DNA from: Adineta vaga
Taxonomy: Eukaryota > Animalia > Rotifera
Assembly (NCBI GenBank): GCA_021613535.1
Contig: CP075493.1
Coordinates: 3,906,001 to 3,970,000 of the forward strand
DNA length: 64,000 nt
Direction: 5' to 3'
Positions 39,873-52,508 of this stretch are shown here, in pieces. The notes under the pieces are model-generated. The model was given only the letters and a program-made list of their open reading frames with translations. It had not been told where the DNA came from and made no database searches. A program made the position numbers and the translations under genes. Each line of letters begins with the position of its first letter. The first letter of the stretch is position 1.

Positions 39873-41010
39873 TTATAAACATAAATTTTCGTCTGAATCA
39901 TCCTCAATGCTATATTCCTCTCGAAACCAATTCCATGTTTTTTCTAAACCTTCTCGTACACTTGTTTTTGGAATAAAATCAAGTAATTTTCGTGCTTTTG
40001 TATTATCACAATACGTTATTGATGGTTCAGTTTTATGTGATTTCATTCCACGTTTAGTAATACGTTTTCCAGATAGATGTTCGATGTATTCAATAAATGT
40101 TGAAAGTTTTATCGGATTTCCACATCCAATATTGATAATTTCATATCCATAAGGTCGTTTCAATGCATTGATAAATGCATCGATAACATCATCAATATAA
40201 GTCCAATCACGTTTCATTTCTCCATCATCAAATACATCAACAATACAGGTTGAATCAATTGCAGCACGCATTAATTTAAATGGCATCATATCAGGTCGTC
40301 CACGTGGTCCATAAACATTAAATAAACGTAGAATCGTTATATTTAATCCATGTATATTATTATAAACATGTGCTAACATTTCAGCAGCACGTTTTGTTGC
40401 TGCATAAGGTGATAATGGTTGAGCACATGAATCAGTTTCTACAAATGGAAGTCTATCGGTTTGACCATACACACTTGATGTTGAAGCAAAGACAAATTGT
40501 GTAATCTTATGTGATACAGCAAGATCAAGAAGATTTTGTGTACCAGTACAATTGATTTCCATATATTTACCCGTTTGAGTCGTCGATGAACGAACACCAG
40601 CAAGTGCCTAGAATAATTCGTAAGTAAACGAATCAATTAAATGATTCTATATGATATACTTACAGCAAGATGAGCAATATGAGTAATTTCATATGTATTA
40701 AATATCATTTGTAAAAGTTCGACATCATTAATACTACCACGAATAACAATAAAACTTTGATCAAGTACACGAGAGGGAAAATATGATTCAAGTAAGGCAA
40801 CATTTCGTTGTTTAACTAATGGAGAATAGTAATCATTGAAATTATCTAATAGAATAACACGACCAAGATTAAGTTCAAGTAAATGTTGAACAAGGTGACT
40901 ACCAATAAATCCCGCACCTAATAACAATATATATTAGACAAAATATATTTATTATCATTTCAAAATCAATGCATACCACCAGTTACTAAATAAACGTTTG
41001 ATTTAACCAT
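39873..41010 (-). CDS. NAD-dependent epimerase, UDP-glucuronate 4-epimerase (GAE/CapI)-like; exons 41010-40977, 40917-40664, 40607-39873
   Basis: LVTGGAGFIG, DNFNDYYSP..K..N, HLAALAGVRSS, ASTSSVYG, PLSPYAATK (YxxxK), VYGPRGRPDM, RDWTYIDD. Confidence 0.9.
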
Positions 41011-41544
41011 TTTTGTTTCGTTAAAAAACATCGGAGAAAATACAGTGAGTTATATACAATCTACCCTATTCGATAGTTTACACTGTGATTAAGTCATACA
41101 TGCGTTGTATGATTGTGCACACTATTAAACTTATCAATAATGACGACGTAAAGAAAAGAATGGCTTCCAAAACTGATAATAGCCGTGTAGTTGTTTCTTT
41201 TTCTTTCTTCTCCTTTCTACTATACGCGAAAGAAAGAACGACATTCTATACGAATATCGAAATATATCGAAGCATTCAGTACATTTTGCTATGTAATACT
41301 TGTATTCTCGATGATGTAATATTCTCTCAAGTACGCACATGACATCATGGAACAATAACAAATATTATCGTTAGAAGTACATTTGTTCTTCAAGGTTATT
41401 CGTAAAAGAAGAGCGCAAAAGTTTTTATTGTGTCATTTTGTTTTATTTATGACGATGCTTTTACCATTCGATCGTTTTCGTTTGAAAATATCATTCGAAA
41501 GATTTCTTCAGAACAAATCGAATTTGAATTCAAAGAATTTATTA

Positions 41545-43064
41545 ATGTATTTCAAAGGTGAAAAAGGTTTTACTCAAACGATTATGATACCTTTGAATCA
41601 ATTCATCGAAGAGATTTATGAATGTTCATTGGAATTAATCGATGTGGGAAATGTAAATATGTTTTGAAGAGAATTCTCTTGTATTTGAATATATATATAT
41701 AGTTGTCATTTGTTCACGTAAAACTCGATGGAGATAATATTCGTTTGAAATTGAATACTATTGAACTTGAACATGAAGAAAATAAACGTTTACAGTAAAT
41801 GATCGGAATTATTCCAACATTTGATTGATTGATTTTTAGTTTTCCTATTCATCGTTGGCTTGATTCGAATGGAAATACTAAACTTGATGTTTTAATTAAT
41901 GAAGGTCCTATTCAATTTAGTAATTTTAAATCTAAACTATTTCTTGAAAAATTATCTGTTCATTTTAAGCACCGATTTATACGATTATCGTACATACGGG
42001 TAGTATAAGTAGTTGTTGTCAAGCTCATATTCGTTTAGCATTAATTGGTGATGGTGCATCAAGTCTTCCAATTGATTTGAATTCGAATATATTTTCAATT
42101 CAATGTTCAACAAAGAATCTATTTCAATCCGGTTCGAAAGACATGTTCTCTATTTCATCTTCGGAATCCATCGATATCGGACAAGTACGATGATGCTGAT
42201 GATGATATATCCATATACAAATCATTTTTATAGTTATTCCATGCGCAATTCTGGTGTGATAGTATGGATAAACTACCATATTATTGTGAAAGTATTGAAA
42301 TTATCAATAATCTTAATGAAGATAAATATTTGTATGGAAAGATTTCGTATTGAATGGAATTTAGATAAAAAACGTTGTTTTATTCAATTAGTTTTCTTAT
42401 CAATCAATGGTTTGGACCAAATTTAGAACAACAAATATTCGTTCCAGTTGTAAATCGTATTCAAGGTTAATCAAAATATGAATTTATTCAATCACATGTT
42501 GCTTTATGTCAATGTAGAACCAAGATTGTTTACAATTTCGATAAAAACAAATGATATCTCGAATTTAAATGATGAAAACATGCTAATGATTGAAGTAGAT
42601 TGAAATTATTCATCATATTTTACGAGATGAACGTGTTTGTGCTTAGTTAAAATTTAAGAATGATAAAATATATGAAGAAATATTGAAGTCATCAGAAACA
42701 TATCTAATTCCATTCGAAAAAGATCATATAGATTTTTTTAGTATAAATCTCAATTGTATCGATGATAGTGAAGTAAGATCGTATTATATGTAGATATTTT
42801 GATGTTTAACAAGTATTTATAATTCTAGATTGTAAATATTAAAATTTGTTTGATAAGTAAATCTCAAGGAATTCAATGGAATTGTGCTTGGATTGAAATT
42901 CGTGATGTTTTCTATCAACGAACTCATTAGTAAATTTCTTCGTACATTTTTATAAAAGAGAAGAAAGATGTTTTTTTCTTAGTTACAATGTACCGAAGAG
43001 ACTAGCAAGTAATCTGAATAAGAAACCATACGATTATATATCATTAGAAAAACGACCGGATTAA
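41545..43064 (+). CDS. Multi-exon PLAT/LH2-repeat protein (LOXHD1-like repeats); true start uncertain
   Basis: About 10 short exons join in frame and give repeated PLAT hallmarks: YTIIVHTG, IRLALIG..G.S, FQSGSKD.F, DIGQL, FPIHRWL, FLINQWF; ends KRPD*. Confidence 0.7.
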
Positions 43065-43972
43065 TCAAGTTTAAAAAAGATTTATTCAGAATGATTTGAT
43101 CTATGAAAAAAAAACATATTTCTTCTAAACATGTCACATTAATATTCATTAATCGGTTCGGAAGGTTTCTCATCTCTGTTAATTCTAACACTTGAAACGA
43201 GAAGAAAAAAAAAGATTTATTTCCACTCTAATAATCAGAATTATCGAGGAGAACATACGAACAATATGAAGAGTCCTTGATAGATAAAAAAAGGAAGCTT
43301 TATTTTATTTTTCAATATTATTATGGAAGATTTGTCGCGAGAATATGCATATTCTCAAGATGTAGATATGACTTCGTCATTTGACATGTGCCATCTTGCT
43401 TATTTTCACATTTAAGTGATACTTCGTCTAATTTTTTTTTCTTCTCTTCATAATATTTTTTCTTAATGACTACGAAGAAGTATGAGTCGTTTTTAATCTT
43501 AAAAGACAAGAGAAAAATATGCATCGTGTATTTGCAAAAGAAAAGTTTCAATTAAATCTGACACAAAACACATCACGAGTGCCTCGTTGCTGGTTAGTTA
43601 GAATTGCAGAAATATATTTTTGTAATCGGTTGGATGTTTTCATAGTTGATATTTAATCTAAATACAGATCTTTTCTTTCAGATCATAAAAAAAACGTTAA
43701 AATTTTTTTCTGCTTCTTTGAACTTTCCAAGAGAGTTCAGCGTGTCGTCTCGCAGATATTCTTCTCAAAATCCTTAAGGTAAGTATTGATAAATAGCATC
43801 GTAATTCTGTTTTCATGGATTATCGAATGGAACAACTAATACGGATAAAAGTATTTTGGTCTAATACATTAGTCAGAATAAACTATTGATGTGTTCCTGT
43901 CTTTTATTATCTTTTTTAATATATGATGTGTCTTTTCTTTCATAGTAAAACATCAAATTATCTATTTTTGCT

Positions 43973-45700
43973 ATGGGTTGTTCAACATCTCACAATAGTG
44001 TAGCTATTGTATCAGCTAAACATGTATCAGTACATCGAATACAAACGAGAACAACTGGAATTGTTAATCCTCAATCCATTCGTTATTTAGAAAATCAATT
44101 TGTTGTTTGGTTACGCGTCGATACTTCAGAGATGTTCGAAACTAAAATTGAATATCTTCGAAAAAGTGTTTATAATTTACAAATTTATACAGATATTCAA
44201 AGCTGTCTTACTTTTCTTCGAAATATTCAAGATGAAAAAATCTTTTTGATTCTCTCCGGTACAGATTTAACTCTTGGACAACATCATTCTTTACCTCAAA
44301 TCGAAAAAATATATCTATTAAATTCATCCTTAAATGTCTTGAATGATAAAAAATATTTAATACCAAAATATATGATTGTCAAAGATATTAATAATCTTTC
44401 GCATCAAATTTACGAAGATATCGATCGTTGTGAACTGGATACAATTCTCATTACAGTTTCATTTCTATCACTTTCACACGAAACATCATTTTCATTAAAT
44501 ATAACTAAATATCAAGCTTCATTTATATTCGCACAAACGATAAAAGAAATAATCTATCGTCTGAAATTTGACAGTGGTTCAAAAGATGTTTGGATCGATT
44601 TCTGTCGTTCATATTATGTCAATAATGATAATGAATTACTTTTAATTGATGATTTCGCAAGAAATTATCGTCCAAATCAAGCATTACGTTGGTTGACAAC
44701 ATCATGCTTCATTTCCAGAATAATCAATCGTGTTTTACGTACGCGTGAAATAGATGTGATTTATAAATTAGGCTTTTTTTTTAAACATGTCCATTTACAA
44801 TTGAACCGTTTATACAAAGAAAATGCCTCATTAATGAAACAAATATCCGTAGTTTATCGTGGTAAAACAATGTCTACAGATGAATTTGATATTCTTATTC
44901 GACAAAATTCAGGTGGTTTTCTTTCATTTACAAATTTTCTTATTACAACACTAGATCGAACTGTTTCGATGGAATTTGTTAATCATCGTCTTGAATTACA
45001 TCATGATTTAATTGGTATTATTTTTGAAATTCATATTAATGAAGTAATATGTAATGAAAAGAATCCATTCGCTTTACTTAAAGATACGGATATGAATCGA
45101 GAAGAAATTTGCTTTCATTTTAGTACTATTTTTCGTATTGAATCCATTGAAACAATGAATCATAACGAAACAGGATTGTACGTAGTAAAATTACGACCAG
45201 TGGATGATGATGATCAACAATTAACTGAACTATTAGCAGAAGCTCGAAGTGATGAAATGCATGCAAATCCACTATCGTATTTAAGTAAATTATTAGTCGA
45301 TATGGGAGAACATCAACGTGCCGAACAATTCTTCCTTGGATTATCACAAGATGTATCTGTGCGTAATCAACCTCGACGTCTTGTACGAGCTTATATTGGT
45401 CTCGGTGCTTTGTATACATTAAAGAAAGAATATGTTAAAGCTTTAGATCATTATCAACAAGCACTCGAAACAAGTTTAACGTATTTACCACCAACTCATC
45501 TTGATCTTGTACCTATTTATAAAAATCTTGCTGATAATCATGTAAAACAAAAGAATTATAATGTTGCAATAGAACACTATGAAAAAGCAATTCAGTTATT
45601 ACGAAATGATACACAAAAGAATGGATTAGAGCTTATCAATGTTTTATATAATCGAATTAATGAAATCAAACAGACAATAGCAAATCATAGTCAAGTTTGA
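43973..45700 (+). CDS. ADP-ribosyltransferase-like domain plus C-terminal TPR protein
   Basis: VYRG, GGFLSFTNFLITT, IIFEI, REEICFHFSTIFRIESI, then TPR helices (LGALY....EY.KALDHYQQAL); N-terminal MGCSTS. Confidence 0.85.
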   Translation: MGCSTSHNSVAIVSAKHVSVHRIQTRTTGIVNPQSIRYLENQFVVWLRVDTSEMFETKIEYLRKSVYNLQIYTDIQSCLTFLRNIQDEKIFLILSGTDLTLGQHHSLPQIEKIYLLNSSLNVLNDKKYLIPKYMIVKDINNLSHQIYEDIDRCELDTILITVSFLSLSHETSFSLNITKYQASFIFAQTIKEIIYRLKFDSGSKDVWIDFCRSYYVNNDNELLLIDDFARNYRPNQALRWLTTSCFISRIINRVLRTREIDVIYKLGFFFKHVHLQLNRLYKENASLMKQISVVYRGKTMSTDEFDILIRQNSGGFLSFTNFLITTLDRTVSMEFVNHRLELHHDLIGIIFEIHINEVICNEKNPFALLKDTDMNREEICFHFSTIFRIESIETMNHNETGLYVVKLRPVDDDDQQLTELLAEARSDEMHANPLSYLSKLLVDMGEHQRAEQFFLGLSQDVSVRNQPRRLVRAYIGLGALYTLKKEYVKALDHYQQALETSLTYLPPTHLDLVPIYKNLADNHVKQKNYNVAIEHYEKAIQLLRNDTQKNGLELINVLYNRINEIKQTIANHSQV

Positions 45701-45970
45701 TTTTATTGTATATATTTCGAAATTCAAAGAAACACGCTTCTGAAGAATACTAATATGTGATTCCTTTACTGGAGATTTCTCTTCATTTTGTTGAGTTTTA
45801 CTCATATAAACAATTGTGAAGATGAATAAAATTTGACATCATCTATATTCAAATAAAAAAAAAATGATAAGACAAGTCATGTTGTATATGTTTTCTTTCA
45901 TTTTTCTCGTTTTGTTTTTATATTTAAGTAAACCATAGATTGTTTATTATCATTTACATTCCAAAAGATA

Positions 45971-47425
45971 ATGACAAGCACTAAAAATTTAACAAATCGA
46001 ACTTCCGATGGTTTCATATCACATGCCGATGGAACAATTGAAAACGGATTACTTACAACGTCTATTCAACATATTGAAACATCGGACAATACCAAACTTT
46101 ATGATGTAATTATTATTGGTGCTGGATTCGCAAGTCTTATCGCTGCACGTGAACTTAGTCGTCGTGGTCGAAGTGTATTAATAATCGAAGCAAGAGATCG
46201 TATAGGTGGTCGTACTTTTACTGCACAAGTCGATAATGAACAGTATGAAATAGGTGGCACTTGGATACATTGGAGTCAACCACATATATGGACTGAAATG
46301 ACACGTTATGGATTTTCATTAATTGAATCTGAAGGTGCAACTACTAATCAGATCAGTCTTTTGTTTGAGAATGGTACGAAATTAAAAACGATTTCAACCA
46401 AAGATCTCTATCCTCGATTATTTGATCTTTTGAATAAATTCAGTGACATCGATGGAGAACATGGACGAAAAATATTTCCACAACCACATGCACCATTAAC
46501 TGCTTTTGATGCGATTCAAACATATGATCAATTATCAATGCAAGATCGATTAAATCAAATATTAGATTCATCAGAAAAGAATACAGAAATGTATGCGATT
46601 TTAGATGCTTATTTATCAATGAATACACAATGTGATTTAGCAAAGAGTGGATTTCTAGATCATCTAACATTTTCGGCATTGGGCGATTATGAAACAAATC
46701 GTACATGGGATAAAACAAGTCGATATAAGATACGTGAAGGAACAAGTGCATTAGCTCAAGCAATATTTAATGATTGTGATCATGTAAGTCTATTATTATC
46801 TACACCTGTTCTATCTATGCATCGAACAGATGATCTACAAGTTCGAATCCAAACGAAAGACGAACAAATATTTACCAGTCGTACTGCTATCATTACTGTT
46901 CCACTAAATGCTCTACATGCAATCGACTTTCAACCAGCATTAGGACAAGAAAAACAACGTGCAATAGCAGAACGACAATGCAGTGGAGGTACGAAATTCT
47001 GGATTAAACTGGAAAAGTCTGTAGGTAATTGGTGTGGTTTTGCTCCGTATCCGAATCCAATTACTGTCGCTTATACAGATGATTGTGAAGGTTATATTAT
47101 TGTTGGCTTTGGTCCTGACAATGCGCTTGATATACGAGATGTGAAAAAAGTTGAATATGAATTACAAAAGTTTTTACCACATTCCAAAGTTAAATCTGTT
47201 TTTGGACATGATTGGCGTCATGATCCGTTTGTTCAGAGTACATGGTCTTGGTATAAACCAGGTCAAATATCTGCTAATCTTCAAGTTCTACAAACTTCAG
47301 AACCACCTTTATTTTTTGCTAGCGGTGATTCATCGAATAGTTGGCGAGGATGTATTGATGGTGCATTACAGAGTGGTCTAACTACTGTTCGACAAGTTCA
47401 ACAATATCTTCATAAACATTCTTGA
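45971..47425 (+). CDS. Flavin-dependent amine oxidase, MAO-N-like, intronless
   Basis: DVIIIGAGFASL.AAREL, EARDRIGGRT, GGTWIHWSQPHIWTEMTRYG, HDWRHDPF, FASGD...WRGCIDGAL.SG. Confidence 0.92.
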   Translation: MTSTKNLTNRTSDGFISHADGTIENGLLTTSIQHIETSDNTKLYDVIIIGAGFASLIAARELSRRGRSVLIIEARDRIGGRTFTAQVDNEQYEIGGTWIHWSQPHIWTEMTRYGFSLIESEGATTNQISLLFENGTKLKTISTKDLYPRLFDLLNKFSDIDGEHGRKIFPQPHAPLTAFDAIQTYDQLSMQDRLNQILDSSEKNTEMYAILDAYLSMNTQCDLAKSGFLDHLTFSALGDYETNRTWDKTSRYKIREGTSALAQAIFNDCDHVSLLLSTPVLSMHRTDDLQVRIQTKDEQIFTSRTAIITVPLNALHAIDFQPALGQEKQRAIAERQCSGGTKFWIKLEKSVGNWCGFAPYPNPITVAYTDDCEGYIIVGFGPDNALDIRDVKKVEYELQKFLPHSKVKSVFGHDWRHDPFVQSTWSWYKPGQISANLQVLQTSEPPLFFASGDSSNSWRGCIDGALQSGLTTVRQVQQYLHKHS

Positions 47426-47771
47426 ACGATGTTATAGACAGAAATCTTACGTGTTTGGAAAACGAATGTGATTGAATAAATATATTTGAGAAATATCCTG
47501 TTTTACATGAAAGCATTTTACGACCATTTTTTTTTCTTATCTATCACTCTTCACTATTTCAGTATTTTATTAAGACGAATTTCATTGAAAGAAGAACAAT
47601 CATATAAACTGAGAAGAAAAACATCTGCATAAATCATAACTGAAATCGAATCATTTATTTATTCACTGTACAAAGAATAATATTTATAGAAAAAAATAGT
47701 TACAATGAACTCAATTAAGATATTTTTTGTTGTTTTATTAATAAAAAATTGACAACTATTGAAAAGGATTC

Positions 47772-48134
47772 TCATGGATAGGTTGATGTGACACTATTGA
47801 GAATTCGAATATATATGACAAGCCAAACAATAAAACCAATCCAAGCAGCTATTCCTCCAATTGTAATTATAATATTGAATACTAATGCCAAATTGCTCAT
47901 TAATCGTGCTGTTTGATAATCATTCGATCGTTTATTACTTCGGCAAAGAATCGAGAATATTAGTGGAATAATACCACCTAAACCCCATCCAATAAGAATG
48001 CTAACAATAGACCATGGTAACCAATCGCGAATTTTGTGTATATCAGGTGCTGGAATAAATTGATTCTGAGGTGGAAGATAGTTTGGTTGTGGTATGTTTG
48101 AAGAATAAGGAGCTGAATACGCCATTTCTTTCAT
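47772..48134 (-). CDS. CD225/dispanin (IFITM-like) membrane protein
   Basis: Pro-rich N-terminus, DWLPWSI, IFS..CR..K...DY..AR..S..AL..N and two hydrophobic segments. Confidence 0.8.
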   Translation of the reverse strand: MKEMAYSAPYSSNIPQPNYLPPQNQFIPAPDIHKIRDWLPWSIVSILIGWGLGGIIPLIFSILCRSNKRSNDYQTARLMSNLALVFNIIITIGGIAAWIGFIVWLVIYIRILNSVTSTYP

Positions 48135-49055
48135 ATATTTCCTTTAGAAAGACGATTTTATTATGTCTGCTTTTTATTCTCAGTCATATGTATATATACA
48201 TATATTTTACCTTCGTTCTTACTCATACTCAATGATGTCATTACATATTTACCTAGAAATCACGTATTCATTGAAAGGAAGGTCATTTTGTATCCTCCTA
48301 CACTTTTATCATAAATCCTTTATACTAACATGAAGTATTATAATACTATGTTATGACCGTCATCGATCGTTTTATATTGTGTCAACGGTATAACAGAAGA
48401 GGCATGGTTCAAAAATAAAAAGAAATACTGATCATTACAAGAAAAAACGGTGTTCATCATATTTTAAATCGTCTATTCTAAACAAAAATTCTCAATGATT
48501 CTCTATAATGCCATACGTGTAAGTAATTAAGCTTTACTTGTATCAACGATCTTCTATTTCTTTATAATAGCTATAAAACAAAAACGAATCCATCGTTTAC
48601 ATTGATCGAGAATGAATATAGAGTTAGTCGATATTTTTAGCAATGAGATTGAATTTTCATGAATTTATCAAAACGTAGGATATTTTGTGAGCTTTATATT
48701 ATTATTATTAATATTTTAAGCACAGCTTCACTTCACATCGAAACAATTCTGGATATCTTCAGCTTATATCTATGAGAATTCAACAATGAAAAAATAGAAC
48801 TACGTATTATTATTTTATTTTTATTCACAATATACTAATCTATTTGAAAAACAAAATCTGACAAAGAGTAATTCGATCATTTTGTCTATCAGCAACCTTT
48901 CTATGAATCATAAAACTGAAAAAGAAAAAGGAAAAAGAAAATATATGATATTATAAAATAAAAATAAATAAAAAGAGAAAAAAAATAAAAAGCATCGTTT
49001 CTTTTTTTATTATGGAAAAATCTTGATTTTTTCAAATACATGAATGTTGTTGTTC

Positions 49056-49874
49056 TTAGAAATCATCATTATCATCAGGTAATGGATATTTCTCTGCCTC
49101 CCGAATACCTTCTTCAAGTTTGTTTTTCTCTTCGTCAGTCATAATAAAATCAGGTTGCTACAAATACATAAATTCTAATAAAAGAAAATTCTGAATTAGA
49201 AAAAGAATCTTACGAGCATTGCTGTAGCGACAACAAAATGAAGATCGTCACGTCCTGCTAATTTTCTTGCTATCCAAAGAAATGGTTTTTCGAAATTATA
49301 ATTTGATCGAGCACTCATTTCATAATATTGCATATTCGCTTTTCGATGAAATGTAATTGATCTCGCTTTTAATTTACGATCTTTTACATCGACCTTATTT
49401 CCACATAAAACAATTGGAATTTGTTCACAAACACGAACTAAATCTTTATGCCAATTAGGAACATTTCGATAAGTTATACGTGATGTTACATCAAACATAA
49501 TGATGGCACATTGTCCACCAATGTAATAACCATCACGTAATCCTAATTAATAATAAAAACGGAAAAGTTGAAGAAAGAAAATTTATGTTTCATTCACTTA
49601 CCACCGAATTTTTCTTGACCTGCCGTATCCCAAACGTTGAAAATAATTCGACCAAAATTTGTTGAAAAATCAAGCGGATGAACATTCACACCAATGGTTG
49701 CTTCATATTTTTTTTCAAATTCACCAGTTAAATGTCGTTTAACAAACGTTGTTTTGCCTACAAAGATAAAATGAAATTTAAAAACATCTATATATTCCCA
49801 TAGTGTTTATCAAACATACCAACACCACCATCACCAACTAAAACCAATTTAAATTCTGTTGCCATTGTTGCCAT
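49056..49874 (-). CDS. Ran: Ran GTPase, divergent paralog; exons 49874-49820, 49757-49602, 49542-49214, 49157-49056
   Basis: [61 protein letters not shown], acidic tail LPDDNDDF*. Confidence 0.93.
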
Positions 49875-49922
49875 TTGAAATAACGAAAATTAGTAAATAC
49901 GCAATAGACATCATTGTATGAG

Positions 49923-49990
49923 TATTTATATACCATGAAATTGCGTAATTTTATCAAAAAATGAATACATGGTGAAATTGCGTAATTTCA
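49923..49990 (-). promoter_or_regulatory. TATA box plus two identical C/EBP/PAR-bZIP-like sites upstream of Ran
   Basis: TATATAAATA on the minus strand at 49923-49932; 16 bp direct repeat TGAAATTGCGTAATTT at 49936-49951 and 49973-49988. Confidence 0.55.
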
Positions 49991-51017
49991 TTGGGAAAAA
50001 TGCAGAGTGACATCTAACGACATCAAAAAATTATCTATTGAAAGTGTATGATGAGCATGAATTATGTGTCCGTTTCAATTCGATTTATCCTTTACTGAGG
50101 TAATGATCTGTTATTTTGAAATCGATTCAAGCATGATCTCAATGTTCAGATTGACAATCATCACCATCTTTGATGTTTTGTTTTTTATTCAAAATCTTGT
50201 TATAGTATTTCTAATGTAAAATTTCGTTGAATTTATCATATGCACTAATTAAAAGTTCAAAATTAATCAATCTGTGTAACACAATTAAATCGTATTTCAA
50301 ACAAAACTAATGACACCGTATATAATTATCAAACCTTCAATTTAATTTATATTATTTCCTTTATGATAGGAAATTCTAACTGATGGTTCGCAGATAAAAT
50401 ATACCTTTCAGGGTATGAATGTCTAAAGATATCCTTAGGTATTTGATGTCATTATAATTATTAGTATTCAATCTTCTTTAATTATTCGTTTGGCTAACTC
50501 TAAATACTGTTTAACATCTATTTTTCGATCTTTTACATCGATAGTTCGTTAAATAAATGTCTCTGTTGTAGACATTGCTCTCTCCGTTTTGTTATTTATT
50601 AAAATTATTCTTTCTGACGTTGGCAGCAGTTTTGTACTTGATAAATTCTAATGTCAATCATCTCCTATCTGATTATCCTCGAAGAAACTTCATTTTTAAT
50701 CCTGACAAAACTAGTCATAGACAGAAGGAAAAAAATATGCATTCAATGATCTATTTCTTTTCTCATGCTCACACTTTCTTTTCACAGTATATGTAGATGA
50801 AAGAAATGGAAAGTTCGATCTTTCGTTTACATTTCGATGATGTTCATCGAAGATTTCCGGAAAAAATCTCTGTTAATGACGTTTTATACTGCCTTGAGTT
50901 CTTCAACATAGAATCTGAAGAACAAACTTTACACAAACATCAGTTTTCAGATAGATCATAGAGTAGATATCGTTCTTTCTTCTTAATCAATAATTATTTA
51001 ATAAACTTCAGAATTCA

Positions 51018-52104
51018 ATGGCATTTTCATTCACATCACCATCGATTTTAATCAATACACTTTCTACAATTGAATATCAAGTAATTCAATATATCTATTC
51101 AATATGGTTAATCTTTGGCATTAGTGGTTGTATTCTCAATCTAATTGTTTTCTCTCGACCACAACTACGCAGTACATCTTGTTGTGTTTGTAAGTATAGA
51201 TTTCTCGATTCTAATTACTAACTGTTTTTGTTTTTGTTTAGATTTTTTTGCTGCTTCGACAGATCATCTATTAACTTTAATCATTGGTATTGGACCAGTT
51301 ATTTATACTCTCAATCATTCCGATCCACAAATCGATTCGATTATATTTTGTAAAATACGTGGTTATTTATTTCAAATAACATTAATGCTTTCACGTTGGT
51401 TCGTTGCATTTGCTTGTATAGATCGTTATGCATTATGTTCAGATAATGTTAGTCTAAGACATTTTTCCAACAGACGAATAGCATATCGAGGTGTTATTAT
51501 TATTATTATTACTTGGTCAATAATCTGTAGTCATCGATTGATATTTTATGAAATAAAAGGAAATTTATGTGGTATTTTAACGAATACAGGTGCAGCGATT
51601 TATCATAGTTTGTATGTTATCCTTGGAGGAGGAATTATTCCCACTTTAATTATGATTACTTGTGCTCTTCTTATTCGTCGAAATCTTGCACGAAAACACC
51701 AAAAACGTCTACATATATCAGTAATAGAACATCATCGACATTCACTTGATCATCAAGTACTTGTTTTGTTATTCATACAAATAATTTGTTACATTATTTT
51801 TACAATGCCACAGTTATGTAATTTAGTTTATAATGCTATTTCAAATACCATAACAAATCGGTCACAAGAACGCATCGCTATCGAACGATTTGTTGGATTT
51901 ATCGCTGAATTAATGCTTTATATGTTTCCTGTCACATCATTTTATTTATATACATTAACATCACGAACATTTCGTGGTGAACTAATCGCTTTCTTCCACT
52001 TGCTTTCTTTACCTCGTGTTATATTTCCAAAAACTCGAATTGCACCTGCAGTATCGATGGGTACCTGTGGACATCATATTGGCAATCCACTATACGATGA
52101 GTGA
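51018..52104 (+). CDS. Orphan rhodopsin-like GPCR; one intron, 51190-51241
   Basis: Two ORFs joined by a 52 nt GT-AG intron (SCCV/YFFAAS); FCKIRGY, ACIDRY, SFYLYTLTSRTFR. Confidence 0.87.
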
Positions 52105-52508
52105 AAGATTCTTGAGAATTTAAAACATGAAAAGTTATTACGAAAGAACAGCTCGTATTCAAACATAAGTCATTGTTCTTTTATCGGTGATAGTGAAGAA
52201 TTTTTAACAGAGAGAACTATCGAATTTGAAAAAAAAATTGTGAATTAGACATTTACAGCAAAAATTTCTTTTTTCTTTTTATTCCTTAGCACTTTGTTTG
52301 TTTACATGTTCTTTTTCTTTCGTAATTCGTTTGTTTTATAACTGTAATTTGTGGAAAAAAAACTGTTTGACGACTTCCTATCACTGTCAGTCATCATCTT
52401 GCGCAAGTTTTTTTATTTTTCGAAGCCGATTTTCGCAATACTTTCCTTATTTAAACGCGCATGTTGTGAAATTAGAAACAGTTATTTTTTGAAAGTAAAT
52501 CAATTAAT

